A DNA stretch of 63,234 bases, filler included, from Octopus bimaculoides (GCF_001194135.2; 5 parts of 4 records of this genome joined end to end with filler, not necessarily neighbours in it); one strand, 5' to 3'. Counted from the whole stretch's first letter, positions 11,328 to 23,611 are shown. Made by a program: numbers and translations. The notes: generated by a model from the letters alone, not told the origin.

Positions 11328-12844
11328 TAGGGCATTTCCTGCCTTGCCAGAGGAAGAAAATTTGGAACAATGGAGGTGCAGTGCTACTGCCACGCTGCAC
11401 TCAGCAACACCGTTGAGAACAGATCAAGTGGTGCTTCTACCCGTATACCTTGGGAGACATGCTTCCAAGGTTAGGCTAGAAGACATATCCCCAGAAGTCG
11501 ATGTAGCCTGGCTGGTGGCTGCCATACTGCTAGGCATGGAAGAGAAGGTGGTGGTCTTCCAGGCTACCAGAACACCCCACAAGAACTGGCAAGGGCAAAA
11601 CCTGGACATGGTAATACAGGTTGCCTTGGAAGATATCGAAAGTATTGTAGACGTGACTTTGAAATTCAGAGTGGAAGGGAGTATTCCATGGTGCTATAAA
11701 TGTGGCCTGAAAGGCCACATGAGAGCAGATTATCCTATGTGAAGGCTAAGGAAAAGCGAGAAAGTGGCTGGTGCTCCACTGCCTGCGGAGGCTGCGGAGA
11801 CAGAGAGTGAAGCAGCACCACAGACAAAGACCCGTACCAGCATCAAAGAGGAGATGGACAATGTATGGGAAATAGCTAGGAAAAAGAGAAGAAAAAGACA
11901 CACGCTTTAAATGACAACCCCCATCCCACCCACACCCACTTTACCCTAACCACTCCCTACAGACACCAGCCCTCTCCATGCCCCACCTGACAAAGACAAG
12001 CACACAGGAGCCTCAAATTTACCCACCCTAGCCCTGTAATGAAAAATATGTTATATTGTACAACGGATAAAATGAAGAACTTTATAATGAGATAGACTCG
12101 TGGGACAGAGCGATAAAAGTGGATGTAACAGGAGTAAGGGGCTTGCCCAAATACATTCACTGTGCAGTGGCAAACCCAGAGTATCTTTTGAGATTAAAGG
12201 ATGATGTGGAAGTCTTTGACTGTGAGTGGTGGGTCAAGAAAATAGACGCCAGCACAATGCCAGAACAGGTAAGCTATTTTGATATTTTAAAGTTAAAAAG
12301 AGACTAGAAATAGTACATTTCTAAATCTCTCTGAGAGATTTATGCAGTAGTGATACATTGAAGTAGTTGTATGCTGTCAACTTAATGTGACAGTCCCCTG
12401 AAGGGAATAATACTACTGTTGGTTAGACCTAGGAAGCTGTACCGCTTCCTGTCGGCCTTGACACATTCCCTATGTCCTTATGTTTCCCCCTTGTAAACAT
12501 AAGGACAGGTGCAGCTTCCTAGGTCTAAACAACAGTAGTATTATTCCCTTCATGGGGCTGTCACATTAAGTTGACAGCATACAGCTACTTTATAATATAG
12601 ACATTCTGCGGAAAAGTGGAGATTAGCTGTTGCAAATGGTGTTATAAATAGTGTTATAAACTAGTGTTCTAAAAAAGAAGTTGTATTAACAGGTTCAATG
12701 AAGTCACTTGGAGGTGGGGGCCGAATGGCTTCATTTCATTTTTCATTATTATCTAATTCATCTTTTCCATTGGTTTTTTTTCTTCTTTCCCCACCATGTG
12801 CTGTCCCCTCTGTGTAAGGCTGTAATAGCCAATATCATGAAATT
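11328..12844 (+). mobile_element. ORF1-only (half-LINE-like) retroposon, copy 1
   Basis: ORF1-like frame from the gap edge to 11910 with one stop at 11740-11742 and a zinc knuckle CYKCGLKGHMRADY at 11692-11733 (last C to Y, tgt>tat). The 3' UTR at ~12712-12800 is homologous to 34515-34605. The tail is at ~12802-12844. No endonuclease or RT motif lies between. Confidence 0.7.
12361..12590. mobile_element. Fold-back MITE-like element inserted in half-LINE copy 1
   Basis: Inverted arms of ~85 bp (aagtag.tgtatgctgtcaacttaatgtgacag...ctaggaagctg.acc) plus an inner hairpin tgtccttatgttt/aaacataaggaca. Confidence 0.8.
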
Positions 12845-13153
12845 AAGAAGCTTGCTTCCCAACCAGGTTCTGTTCCTCTGTACATCACCTTGGGCAAGTC
12901 TATTCTCCTATATCCTCAGACCAACAAAGCCTTGCAAGTGAATTTGGTAGGCGGAAACTGAAAGGAAGCCTGTCATGTGTGTGTGTAAGGAAATGTTCTC
13001 TATGTGGCCTGTGTGTTTTCTGTACTTTGTTTATCAATTTGTCCACGTTTTTTTTTTGCAATGTCCTGTACCGAGATATGCATCTATATATACATGTAGA
13101 TGTAGGTATGTACATACATGTACGTATATATGCATATACTCACATATTATTTG

Positions 13154-13214
<61 letters not shown>

Positions 13215-13520
13215 TAACAGGCTTCTTTATATATGTCAGTGTGTTTATGTCAAACCGTCCAACCCGTGCCAGCATGAACAACAGACGTTAAATGATAGTG
13301 TGTGTGTGTGTATGTATCTTTGTATTTGTCTCGCAACCCTCCACTTGACAACGAGTGCTGGTTTGTTTACGTTCCTGTAACGTAGCACTTCGGAAAAAGA
13401 AAGCGATAGGATAAGCACCAGGCTTTAAAAATAAATATTAGTGCTGAGGTTGATTTGTATCGGCTAAAACTCTTCAAACGGTGCACCAGCATGGCCGCAG
13501 TACAACGATTGAAACAAGTG
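12845..13520 (+). mobile_element. SINE family A lacking the first ~15 nt of its head, with microsatellite spacer and 3' body
   Basis: Starts at aagaagcttgcttcccaacc directly after the half-LINE tail. The 3' body ttgacaac..gtgctgg...cagcatggccgcagt..tgaaacaag lies at ~13340-13520. Confidence 0.7.
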
Positions 13521-14349
13521 ACGATGAAAGGTAAGCGTTTTTCATTTGTGTGTGCGCCATTTTATTTACTGTATTACGTTAACACCTGAGAGAATAATGT
13601 TTCATAGTGAGTGAGTGTGGGAGGAAAGGTGGGAGTGAAATACGTAGTTATATAGAGAGGAAGGAGGAAGGGCTATACGACGTAGGAAGACGTCATTGGA
13701 GTAGTGAATGAAATAGTCATAGAGAGAGAGAGAGTAGAGAAGGAGGAGGAGGAGACTAAAGTCAATGACACTGCGTGGGGGGAGGTAAGAGTTAAGGAGG
13801 GAGTGAATTACCTAAAAATTGAGAGAGGCGGAGGAACAGAGAGGAAGTGAAAGTCGATAATATCGTCGGAGGGGTAAGAGTCAAGGAAGGAGTAAATTAC
13901 AACTTGATATAGAGGGGTGGAAGGAGGATGAGGAGGCAAGTCATAGAAAGGGAGAGAGTTAAGTTGGAAGTAAATTCGAGAGTGATTGGGAGAGGAGAGC
14001 AAGAAAGAGAAGGTGAGAGTAAATAGTACTGTGAGAGGGGTGGGTGAGTTGCAGAGTAATATAGAGGGATAAGAAAAGGAGGAGGTAAGTTAACACAGAG
14101 GAATGAGTCAAGGGTTATATGCGTGATATAAAGAGGGGGAGAAGAAAGAAAAGGTGAAAGTCAATGAGACAGAGAAAGGCAAGGATTCAGTAGAAGTACG
14201 AAAAAGAGGGACACATATACACGCTGGCACAGATAAATAGGCATTTATACACACTTACAGAGATGAACAGACACACACACACATACAGTGAGTGAGATAT
14301 ACATACGCAGGTACAAATAAATACACAGAAAGACATACACAGAGAGAGA

Positions 14350-15065
14350 AAGAGAGGCAAAGATGTATTATAGACAGAAAGAGAGAGAAAGAAATATATT
14401 GTGAGGGAAAGCGGGAGAGAGAAGGGGAGGTTAATGAAATAGACGGAAGAAGAGAGAGCGAGAAGGAAAACTTAATGAAGTAGACGGAGGAAAAGAGATA
14501 GAAAGAGTAGAAGATTATAGCAAGCGAGAGTGATAGAGAGAGGATGTTTCAATGACTGAGGGTCGAAAGAGAGGCAAAGATATATTATAGAAAGAAAGAG
14601 AGAGAAAGAAATATATTGTGAAGGAAAGGGGGAGGTTAATGAAATAGACGGAAGAAGAGAGGGTGAGAAGGAAAACAATGAAGTCGACGGAGGAAAAGAG
14701 ATAGAAAGAGTAGAAGATTATAGCAAGCGAGAGTGATAGAGAGAGGATGTTTCAATGACTGAGGGTCGAAAGAGAGGCAAAGATATATTATAGAAAGAAA
14801 GAGAGAGAAAGAAATATATTGTGAAGGAAAGGGGGAGGTTAATGAAATAAATGGAAGAAGAGAGAGTGAGAAGGAAAACAATGAAGTAGACGGAGGAAAA
14901 GAGATAGAAAGAGTAGAAGATTATAGCAAGCGAGAGTGATAGAGAGAGGATGTTTCAATGACTGAGGGGTAGAAAGAGAGGCAAAGATATATTATAGAAA
15001 GAAAGAGTAGAAGATTATAGCAAGCGAGAGTGATAGAGAGAGAGTATGTTTCAATGACTGAGGGT
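14350..15065. repeat. Purine-rich tandem repeat, ~203-bp unit, ~3.5 copies
   Basis: gagaggcaaagat recurs at 14352, 14569, 14772 and 14976, and the later units are near-identical. Confidence 0.9.
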
Positions 15066-15396
15066 GAAACAAGGTAAAGAGTGTAAAGTGTGAGAGTCAG
15101 AATGGGGAATACAGACAGCAAACTGAATTTTAGAAAAGCTGTCATTCAACTGACTACAAAAACACAGGTATGTAGAGATTTACGGGTATATATATGGATA
15201 TATATATATATATATATGTATTAAAGGATATATATGTGTGTGTGTATGACAGATGGGTATGGCAACATATATGTGTGGGTATATATATATATATATATAT
15301 ATATACCCCAATATATATGTTATATATTCTATATATGATACAATAGTTATAGAGGTGGCTGATGCGTGTTTGTACGCACAAACATGATAGGGTACC

Positions 15397-15452
<56 letters not shown>

Positions 15453-15509
15453 CACGTGTGTTAGAACGATGTATATTTACAGAGAACTATAGTTATATAT
15501 GAGCATTGA

Positions 15510-15528
15510 CACATTTACACGTGTGTAT

Positions 15529-15566
<38 letters not shown>

Positions 15567-15585
15567 ATACACACGTGTAAATGTG
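15510..15585. repeat. Perfect 76-bp palindrome with (AT)15 centre
   Basis: cacatttacacgtgtgtatacgg (15510-15532), then (AT)15, then ccgtatacacacgtgtaaatgtg (15563-15585). Confidence 0.9.
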
Positions 15586-15870
15586 TGAATACCCATATAC
15601 ATTATAGGCTAATATACACAAAGATATCTGCCTCACTGTCAAGACGGTCAATAAGCCTGCAAGAAATAGCAGCAGTGTCTCTCTGGAACCACACCCTGTT
15701 GTTTGTATAAAAGGGAAGATATTACAGAAGGTAGCCCTAGGTATACAATAAGCTGGGATGGTCACAGTTGGATGGGACACTTTGATTACAGATTTGCAAT
15801 ATCGTGACTAACCTGGTTCTAAACAATAGAGACTCGTATATCAATAGACTTGCAGAGATCTGTGTATATG

Positions 15871-15917
<47 letters not shown>

Positions 15918-16394
15918 NNNNNNNNNNNNNNNNNNNNNNNNNNNNNNNNNNNNNNNNNNNNNNNNNNNNNNNNNNNNNNNNNNNNNNNNNNNNNNNNNNN
16001 NNNNNNNNNNNNNNNNNNNNNNNNNNNNNNNNNNNNNNNNNNNNNNNNNNNNNNNNNNNNNNNNNNNNNNNNNNNNNNNNNNNNNNNNNNNNNNNNNNNN
16101 NNNNNNNNNNNNNNNNNNNNNNNNNNNNNNNNNNNNNNNNNNNNNNNNNNNNNNNNNNNNNNNNNNNNNNNNNNNNNNNNNNNNNNNNNNNNNNNNNNNN
16201 NNNNNNNNNNNNNNNNNNNNNNNNNNNNNNNNNNNNNNNNNNNNNNNNNNNNNNNNNNNNNNNATATATATATATATATATATATATAGATATATATATA
16301 TATAGATGATTTTGTCATTTTCCTTTCTTCGCTCTCGAGTATATTATCTTCGGTTTTGGACTTATATTTTAATATGGAATATTTATGATAGATG

Positions 16395-16512
16395 AGATCG
16401 ACTTTGTCTTTCATCCTTTCGGGGTTGATAAAATAAATTCTAGTTAAACACTGGGGATCGACGTAACCCTTCATCCAAATTGCTGGCTTTGTGCCAAAAC
16501 TTGAATCGAATA
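16395..16512 (+). mobile_element. SINE family B, 5'-truncated
   Basis: gatcgactttgtctttcatcctttcggggttgataaa core. Confidence 0.65.
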
Positions 16513-16959
16513 TCTAAGATAAATAGATCGATAGACTGATAAATAGATATACGTATGTATTGACTGTATGTATACATTGTCTGTTAATGGCTAGCAAACC
16601 GAAACTTCGAAGTCACTGTAAACATTGATTAATACGTATGTACTCTACATATGTCACTGTGTTAACACACACACACACAAAATTCTATATGTACACATAA
16701 CTTCTCTGTTTCTTTCTACACACAGTATGATGCATTAAGATGTAAACATATTTTCGTACGTTTGTGTGTGGGTGGGTCAATGTATGAATGTGTAAATTGC
16801 CTGTATATATAGATATGTATATATATATATATATATAACATACGTCTGTGTGTGTGTATTGCCTTTATATATTTGAGTGCATTTTGCGTATAGCTACATA
16901 TGTTTATATTTATCGGGCGGGTAATATATGCATATGCTGTTGTGATGTGTGTCTACAAA

Positions 16960-17022
<63 letters not shown>

Positions 17023-17112
17023 CTCGCGCCCACTCGTTTCCTCTATATAGATGTGTGCGTATATGTGTGTATACATAGACACACATCTGTGTACGATTAT
17101 TATACGTGCGTT

Positions 17113-17249
17113 CAGGGCCGTCTTTTCATCTTTAGACGTCTGCAGTTTTTATTTATTAACAGAAACCCCACACCATATTTAAATTAAATACTGCCCCCTT
17201 CCGCCCACTGTGCAATTGCTTAGTAAACCCATGCCTTTTGACGGCGCTG
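17113..17249. mobile_element. Small hAT-type MITE
   Basis: TIR cagggccgtc / gacggcgctg. The 8-bp flanks cgtgcgtt and tgtacgtc differ only by transitions. Confidence 0.45.
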
Positions 17250-17807
17250 TGTACGTCTCCAATTTAAACCCCATCATGGGACGTGAGAAGTCTTTACGAC
17301 AGCCAGGAGCAAAGTGCAACCTGCAGGACTTCCTGAAAGGCACGCCAATGCAATATTATTATCCTGAATATTTTTAGTAGTGCGGCTCGTCTGCTGATGA
17401 GCCATATCTTATGCTGCCCGCTTCTTGGAAAAGGTTGCCCCTACCTGTTAAAGAGGTCACTGCACCTGCTAGAAATAACTACCGGACGTCCCTTGGAAGC
17501 ACATTTTACTTTTGTGGGATGTAGTCTAGGGCATCTTTTATCTTGTTTTAGTCATTGGGTTGTGACCATACTGGGGCATCACCTCGAATGGTTGTAGTCG
17601 AGCAAATCGACCCCCAGTACTTTTTTTTTTTTTTTTCAAGTCTGGTACTTATTCGTTTGGTGACTTTCATCGCGCTGCTAAGTTATGAGGACATAAATAA
17701 ACCAGCACCAGTTGTGAAACTGTGAGCGCGTGGGTGGGGCAAGCAAAGACACACACAAATATCATCATCATCATCATTTTTTCATGCTAGTATAGGTTGG
17801 ATGTGAA

Positions 17808-18144
17808 GGCGTATGGCTCAGTGGTTAGAGCGTCGAGCTTACGATCGTGAGGTTGTGAGTTCGAATCCCGGACCGTGCTGCGTGTTGTGTTCTTGAGCAA
17901 GACACTTTATTTCACGTTGCTCCAGTTCACTCAGCTGTAGAAATGAGTTGCGACGTCACTGGTGCCAAGCTGTATCGGCCCCTTTGCCTTTCCCTTGGGT
18001 AACACCGGTGACGTGGAGAGGGGAGGCCGGTATGCATGGGCGACTGGTAGTCTTCCACAAAAAACAACCTTGCCCGGACTTGGGCTCGGGAGGGTAACTT
18101 TCTAGGTGCAATCCCATGGTCAGTAATGACCGAAGGAAGGTCTC
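17808..18144 (+). mobile_element. SINE family C, near full length
   Basis: A-box tggctcagtgg, B-box gttcgaatcc, CORE/V-like gtgttcttgagcaagacactttatttcacgttgctccag, and 3' tail ...ttctaggtgcaatcccatggtc. Confidence 0.85.
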
Positions 18145-18528
18145 AACAATGGGTTGGATGGTTTGATATGAACTGGCGAGCCAAAAGGATTTGCTAAGCT
18201 CCAAATGTCTATTTTGGCATGATTTCTACAGCTGGATATTCATCCTAATGCCAACCACTTTGCATCAACGCTTCTATAACTTCCCAATGCAAACCCATTT
18301 TTACCTCTTTGCCTTGTTACTTGCAGCGACTTCCGTCCAGGGTGGCTTCTCACAAATGCTGACCACATGTGACAGTCGGTTCTAATGTTCCAGCAACAAA
18401 CTAATGCTTCTGCCAGTGGCTCAAAAATCCAGCTTGCAAATTTGACAAATACTTCACTGGATCCCAAGTCAGGGACTGACATGTAACACAAGGTGTTGGG
18501 TTCCTACTGGATTTTGCTGTACTGTGTG

Positions 18529-18828
18529 GAGGCGTAATGGCCCAGTGGTTAGGGCAGCGGACTCGCGGTCATAGGATCTCGGTTTCGATTCCCAGACCGG
18601 GCGTTGTGAGTGTTTATTGAGCGAAAACACCTAAAGCTCCATGAGGCTCCGGCAGGGGATGCTGGCGAACCCTGCTGTACTCTTTCACCACAACTTTCTC
18701 TCACTCTTACTTCCTGTTTCTGTTGTGCCTGTAATTCAAAGGGTCAGCCTTGTCACACTGTGTCACGCTGAATATCCCCGAGAACTACGTTAAGGGTACA
18801 TGTGTCTGTGGAGTGCTCAGCCACTTGC
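18529..18828 (+). mobile_element. tRNA-derived SINE family E, running into a gap
   Basis: tggcccagtggttag A-box and gtttcgattccc B-box followed by a distinct body. Confidence 0.7.
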
Positions 18829-19136
18829 NNNNNNNNNNNNNNNNNNNNNNNNNNNNNNNNNNNNNNNNNNNNNNNNNNNNNNNNNNNNNNNNNNNNNNNN
18901 NNNNNNNNNNNNNNNNNNNNNNNNNNNNNNNNNNNNNNNNNNNNNNNNNNNNNNNNNNNNNNNNNNNNNNNNNNNNNNNNNNNNNNNNNNNNNNNNNNNN
19001 NNNNNNNNNNNNNNNNNNNNNNNNNNNNNNNNNNNNNNNNNNNNNNNNNNNNNNNNNNNNNNNNNNNNNNNNNNNNNNNNNNNNNNNNNNNNNNNNNNNN
19101 NNNNNNNNNNNNNNNNNNNNNNNNNNNNNNNNNNNN

Positions 19137-19420
19137 NNACTTATTCTATCGGTCTCTTTTGCCGAACCGCTAAGTTACAGGGACGTAAACACACCAGCAT
19201 CGGTTGTCAAGCGATGTTAGGGGGACAAACACCGACACACAAACACACATACATATACATATATACGACGGGCTTCTTTCAGTTTCCATCTACCAAATCC
19301 ACTCACAAGGCTTTGGTCGGCCCGAGGCTATAGTAGAAGACACTTGCCCAATGTGCCACGCAGTGGGACTGAACCCGGAACCATGTGGTTGGTAAGCAAG
19401 CTACTTACCATACAGCCACT
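19137..19420 (-). mobile_element. SINE family A
   Basis: Low-divergence reverse complement of head, spacer and part of the body. Confidence 0.85.
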
Positions 19421-19805
19421 CCTGCGCCTTCTTGATTCTTGGCTATCTTTTCTGCCTCTCTCCAGTTGTATCCCTGCTTTTTCAGCTCTACCTCAGTGTC
19501 TTACATCCAGCTATTTTCAGGGTGTCCTCTCCTCCATCTCATGGATGTTGGTTGCAGCGAATGATAATCACCAGTGACCTGGTTGGCAAATCCCCTCCGA
19601 TGGTTAACAATCAATGGTAGGATAACAATCCAGTACACCAAAAAGACACGGATAAAACAAATTGAAGACCTGAAGTCACAGCACTTCACCATGGATCAGA
19701 AAGCATGCAATAACATCATCACCAGAGTCTGTCATCCAGGGGCACCCATAGCAGCATATTAGTTGAGGAGACAGCCACCCACTCCAGTTGCCAAATAGGG
19801 CATAG

Positions 19806-20040
19806 GGCGGCGAGCTGGCAGAAACGTTAGCATGCCGGGCGAAATGCTTAGCGGAATTTCATCTGCCGCTACGTTCTGAGTTCAAATTCCGCCAAGGTCG
19901 ACTTTACCTTTCATCCTTTCGGGGTCGATAAATAAAGTACCAGTTACGCACTGGGGTCGATGTAATTGACTTAATCCCTTTGTCTGTCCTTGTTTGTCCC
20001 CTCTATGTTTAGCCCCTTGTGGGCAATAAATAAATAAGAT
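19806..20040 (+). mobile_element. SINE family B, tail type 2 (half-LINE-like tail)
   Basis: Full head and core, then ttgtctgtccttgtttgtcccctctatgtttagccccttgtgggcaataaa. Confidence 0.88.
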
Positions 20041-21099
20041 AGGGGTTTTATTTACATAAGTACTTAAAACAACTAACCAGAGCAAGGTATATGTTAGTCA
20101 GGAGAAGAGCAGTGTCCATCAACCTTCACAAGTGACAGCTGGTTGAGTTTGTACTTGCAGAATGACCACCTGACCCTTGGTTGCATGGTCTTGTTTTTGT
20201 TGCATGCATTCCTGCTCTGAAGGCGACTTTCATCCTTCCGTCCACTCACAAAGCATAAGAAACCATGTGAAGGTATATGAGCTCACATCTTTTTGGATTC
20301 TTTCACAGATTTGGATATTTTAAAGTTTTGTATATTGATTGGTATATTGATGTAATTTTTCAAGCTAAATCTCAATTTGAGATTCATTTATTACCAGAAA
20401 AACTTAGAAAAAAAATTTTACAGCGGTTCAAAATTTGATCATTTTTCATCCAATCAGAAAACAGGAATCAGACTGTGTGATAGCTAGACAGAAATAACAC
20501 AGGCATAAAATGATATCACTCATTCAAACTTGAGCTGGTGATTGCAGTGGTTGAAGGTCTCACAGTCATGCAGTACAGCATCCTTGTTACAATGAAAACA
20601 AGGCAGACTACAGCTTTGGTTGTTACTATGGAAACAAGAGACCACTGTGAGATTTATGGTCATGTGTATAATTTTCATATCCTTGATTGTGAATATACGA
20701 TCTTAATGGAGCAGGGTTAAAGCAATGTAATCACAGAAATAACTTCCAACAACCAACACAAGACTCCATCGCCTTCCCCTCCTCAAACAAGACATATTAC
20801 TCTTTTTATAAGAGTTTGACGAGTCCATCTTGAAATCCCACAAGGATGTTAATGTCTATCATCACAACAATAATGGTGGCTTTTGATTGGCTAAAATCAC
20901 CCCAAATTTTCAAACTTTAAAAGCTATTACCTTTTTATTTATCAATTTAAGGCAAAAATTAATCTAATTTAATTTTAATAACAGTCATCACTCATTAGTG
21001 TTGTGTTCTTCTGACTGAACAACTTTCAGTAAGTCTGGCTTTGCTCCCGTGGGCTGATGTAATACAGTTGAACATCCAACGCACAGAGCAACAGTTTAA

Positions 21100-21321
21100 C
21101 CCTCTAGCATTTGAACCAGCCATATCCAGGCAAATTAATCTACCTATGTTATCTTTGAACCGGCCAGATCTGGTCTCTCACACTTAGCTCTACAATATTA
21201 TTCTCAAAATAAACAATCATGTCATTGAAAAGCTCAAAGCTACAAGGTAAGGCATAACTAATTAATATCAATGGGAATAATTAAGCATTACATTTGACAA
21301 AGTAACCTAATTACTAAAGGG
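21100..21321. mobile_element. piggyBac-type MITE
   Basis: TTAA at 21096-21099 and 21322-21325 flank CCCT...AGGG termini (ccctctagcatt / aattactaaaggg). Confidence 0.75.
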
Positions 21322-21599
21322 TTAAGCATGACTGAATACTGTGGTGATTTTATACCATTCCAGACATTTGGTATCCATAAAGTAACTATTTGGAGATTTG
21401 CTTGCTTCATGCTCTTGCTTGATGGGGCTGGGGGTCATCCGAGGTTACTGGTCCCAGAGACAATGCATAGAGGCCAGGTCCACCAGTGCTCTCAATCACT
21501 GGTGGTTCCGTACCATCCTCTCTGCAACCTCTAATGTAACATAAAAGTCTATTTTTACATTTCCTTCTTTCCTTTTCTAAGGACAATTGACAAGACAAC

Positions 21600-21995
21600 A
21601 TTTGACAAGTCTGTTAACCCCTTGGGGGTCGTTGGGGCAATGCAGCCATGCAGGGTATCTAGGGCAAGAAAGCCTGGTGGAGCCGATCCCTCTCCAGTCG
21701 GAACTCATTTCTACAGCTGAGTGGACTGGAGCAACATGAAATGAAGCATTTTGCTCAAGAACACAATGTATTGCCTGGTTCAGAGATCGAAACCACAATC
21801 TTATGGTCATGAATCCTACACCCTAACCACTAAGCCATGTGCCTCCACTAGGGGGACTCGTTTCTACAGCTGAATGGACTGGAACGAAGTGAAGTGTTTT
21901 GCTCAAGAACGCAATGCATTGCCTGGTCCAGGAATCGAAACCACAATCTTACAATCATGAGTCCAACACCCCTAACCACTAAGCCACGTGCCTCC
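21600..21995 (-). mobile_element. Two adjacent SINE family C copies
   Basis: Reverse-complement heads ending taaccactaagccatgtgcctcc near 21848 and 21995. Confidence 0.75.
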
Positions 21996-22006
21996 GCACA
22001 TATCCA

Positions 22007-22435
22007 CTAATACTAACTACTATACTATACATTAGATAATGTAGTCCTAGATACACAATGTCTTTATATAAGAAAGGATGTTCACAGCTGGAACATCTCT
22101 GATTGTAGGTCTGGTAGATGAGGATTGACATGGAGCTACTAATACTAACTATTATAATATACATTAGATAATGTTGTCCTAGATACACTATACCTGAATA
22201 AAAGATGAGATGGTCACAGCTGGGACATCTTTGATCATAGGTCTACTGGATCAGGACTGACCTGGGGCTAAACAACGACCATAGCCATTAATAATAACTA
22301 CAATACAACACATTAGGTAATGTCTTAGGTACACTTTGTGGTAACAGCTGGGACATATTTGATCATAGATCTGCTGGATTAAGGCTGACCTGGGGTTAAA
22401 CAATAACTATATCCTCTAATATTAACTATTATACT
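22007..22435. repeat. Three degenerate tandem units of ~130-150 bp
   Basis: taatactaacta...acattag.taatgt..c(c)tag.tacac...acagctgg.acat.t.tgat..tag.tct recurs three times. Confidence 0.7.
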
Positions 22436-22437
22436 TA

Positions 22438-22648
22438 GGGCAGTGAGCTGGCAGAACCATTAGCAGGCCAGGCAAATGCTTAGCTTAATAGTATTTCGTC
22501 TGTCTTCAAGTTCTGAGTTCAAATTCCTCCAAGGTCGACTTTGTCTTTAATCCCATTGGGGGTTGATGAAATAAGTACCAGTTGTGTACTGGGGTTGATG
22601 TATCTGACTCAACCTCACCCCCAAAATTGCTGGCCTTGTGCTAAATCA
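22438..22648 (+). mobile_element. SINE family B, tail type 1
   Basis: Head, core and tail as at 8531. Confidence 0.75.
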
Positions 22649-22679
22649 TTATTAACTAGCCTCATTTGTCTCAAGCCCT

Positions 22680-23075
22680 TGGATGTCCTTAGCATTCAGG
22701 GCCCACGTCTCTCTTCATGTAGAATTGTTGTTTGTAGACGTGCATCTTACAACCTTCTTTTCACTCGGAGAGAGAGACCTTTGGTTGTGAACAGAGGTAA
22801 AAGCTGTCTGATTTTTGCTCTATCCTATTCTTATTCTAGCTATTACACTTTCTGTACCTCCTCCCCCACTACTAATTTGGTCCACTATGCAGCAGAAATT
22901 ATCCACTACCTCTAAAGAATCTCCGGGGCATTTGACAAAATCAATTTCCCGAGTATCTGTAGCTTTTGTGGATCTTGTGCATCTTCCACATATGAACACT
23001 ACTTTCAATGATTACCTTCCTATTATTCCACTGCACCTCTTGTGTGTCCATAGCTTACACTGAGTACACCATGTA
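22680..23075 (-). mobile_element. RTE-like LINE RT C-terminal fragment with Cys-rich segment
   Basis: VVFICGRCT...LEVVDNFCCIVDQISSGGGGTESVIARIRIG. Homologous to 25849-26140. Confidence 0.7.
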
Positions 23076-23320
23076 TGGAATTCCTTCACACACACACACA
23101 CACAGAGCAAATGTAGACTGAGATACAGGGGTCCCAGACTGACAGGCAGAATTTCACATATATTATTATAGAACAGGGGCTTCTCAACCATTTCTTTTTT
23201 ATGTATGGACCCCTTTGATTACTATTTTATTCTGGTGGTGCCCTATAGCTATTCGATGTTAAAAACTAGTTTTATATAGACAGCTCTTTCAAAATTCCTA
23301 TTTTGTTTTTCACACATTAA

Positions 23321-23537
23321 CCCTTTTGTTACAATATTTCTGTTGAGATGCTCTGTGTTTCTTTCAGTTAATTTTAAATATAACAAAGAATTCAGTAAAA
23401 TAACTTAGTTATCATTAAGCTAGTGTTGGGAACATAAATTGTGACTGAGGTTTGGTGGAAGATTTTAAGTCAGAACTTTTGAAAACATTTGTACTACTGA
23501 GCCAGAGGCAGTTTCAGCTGGGTTGGTATCAAAAGGG
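23321..23537. mobile_element. piggyBac-type MITE (nested)
   Basis: ttaa-cccttttgttac ... gtatcaaaaggg-ttag. Confidence 0.7.
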
Positions 23538-23611
23538 TTAGGGTTAACTTGTGTAGGTTGAACTATGTTAAATGTTAGAGAATGAAACCTAGCTGTTTCT
23601 TGCAATACATA

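Noticed and set aside
10849-11742. 297-aa ORF with poly-I and poly-S tracts
   Set aside because: Chimera of (ATC)n and (GCA)n microsatellites, N gaps and the half-LINE ORF1.
17808-17880. tRNA gene
   Set aside because: A and B boxes are present, but the sequence continues into a multi-copy SINE body and lacks a proper acceptor stem and terminator.
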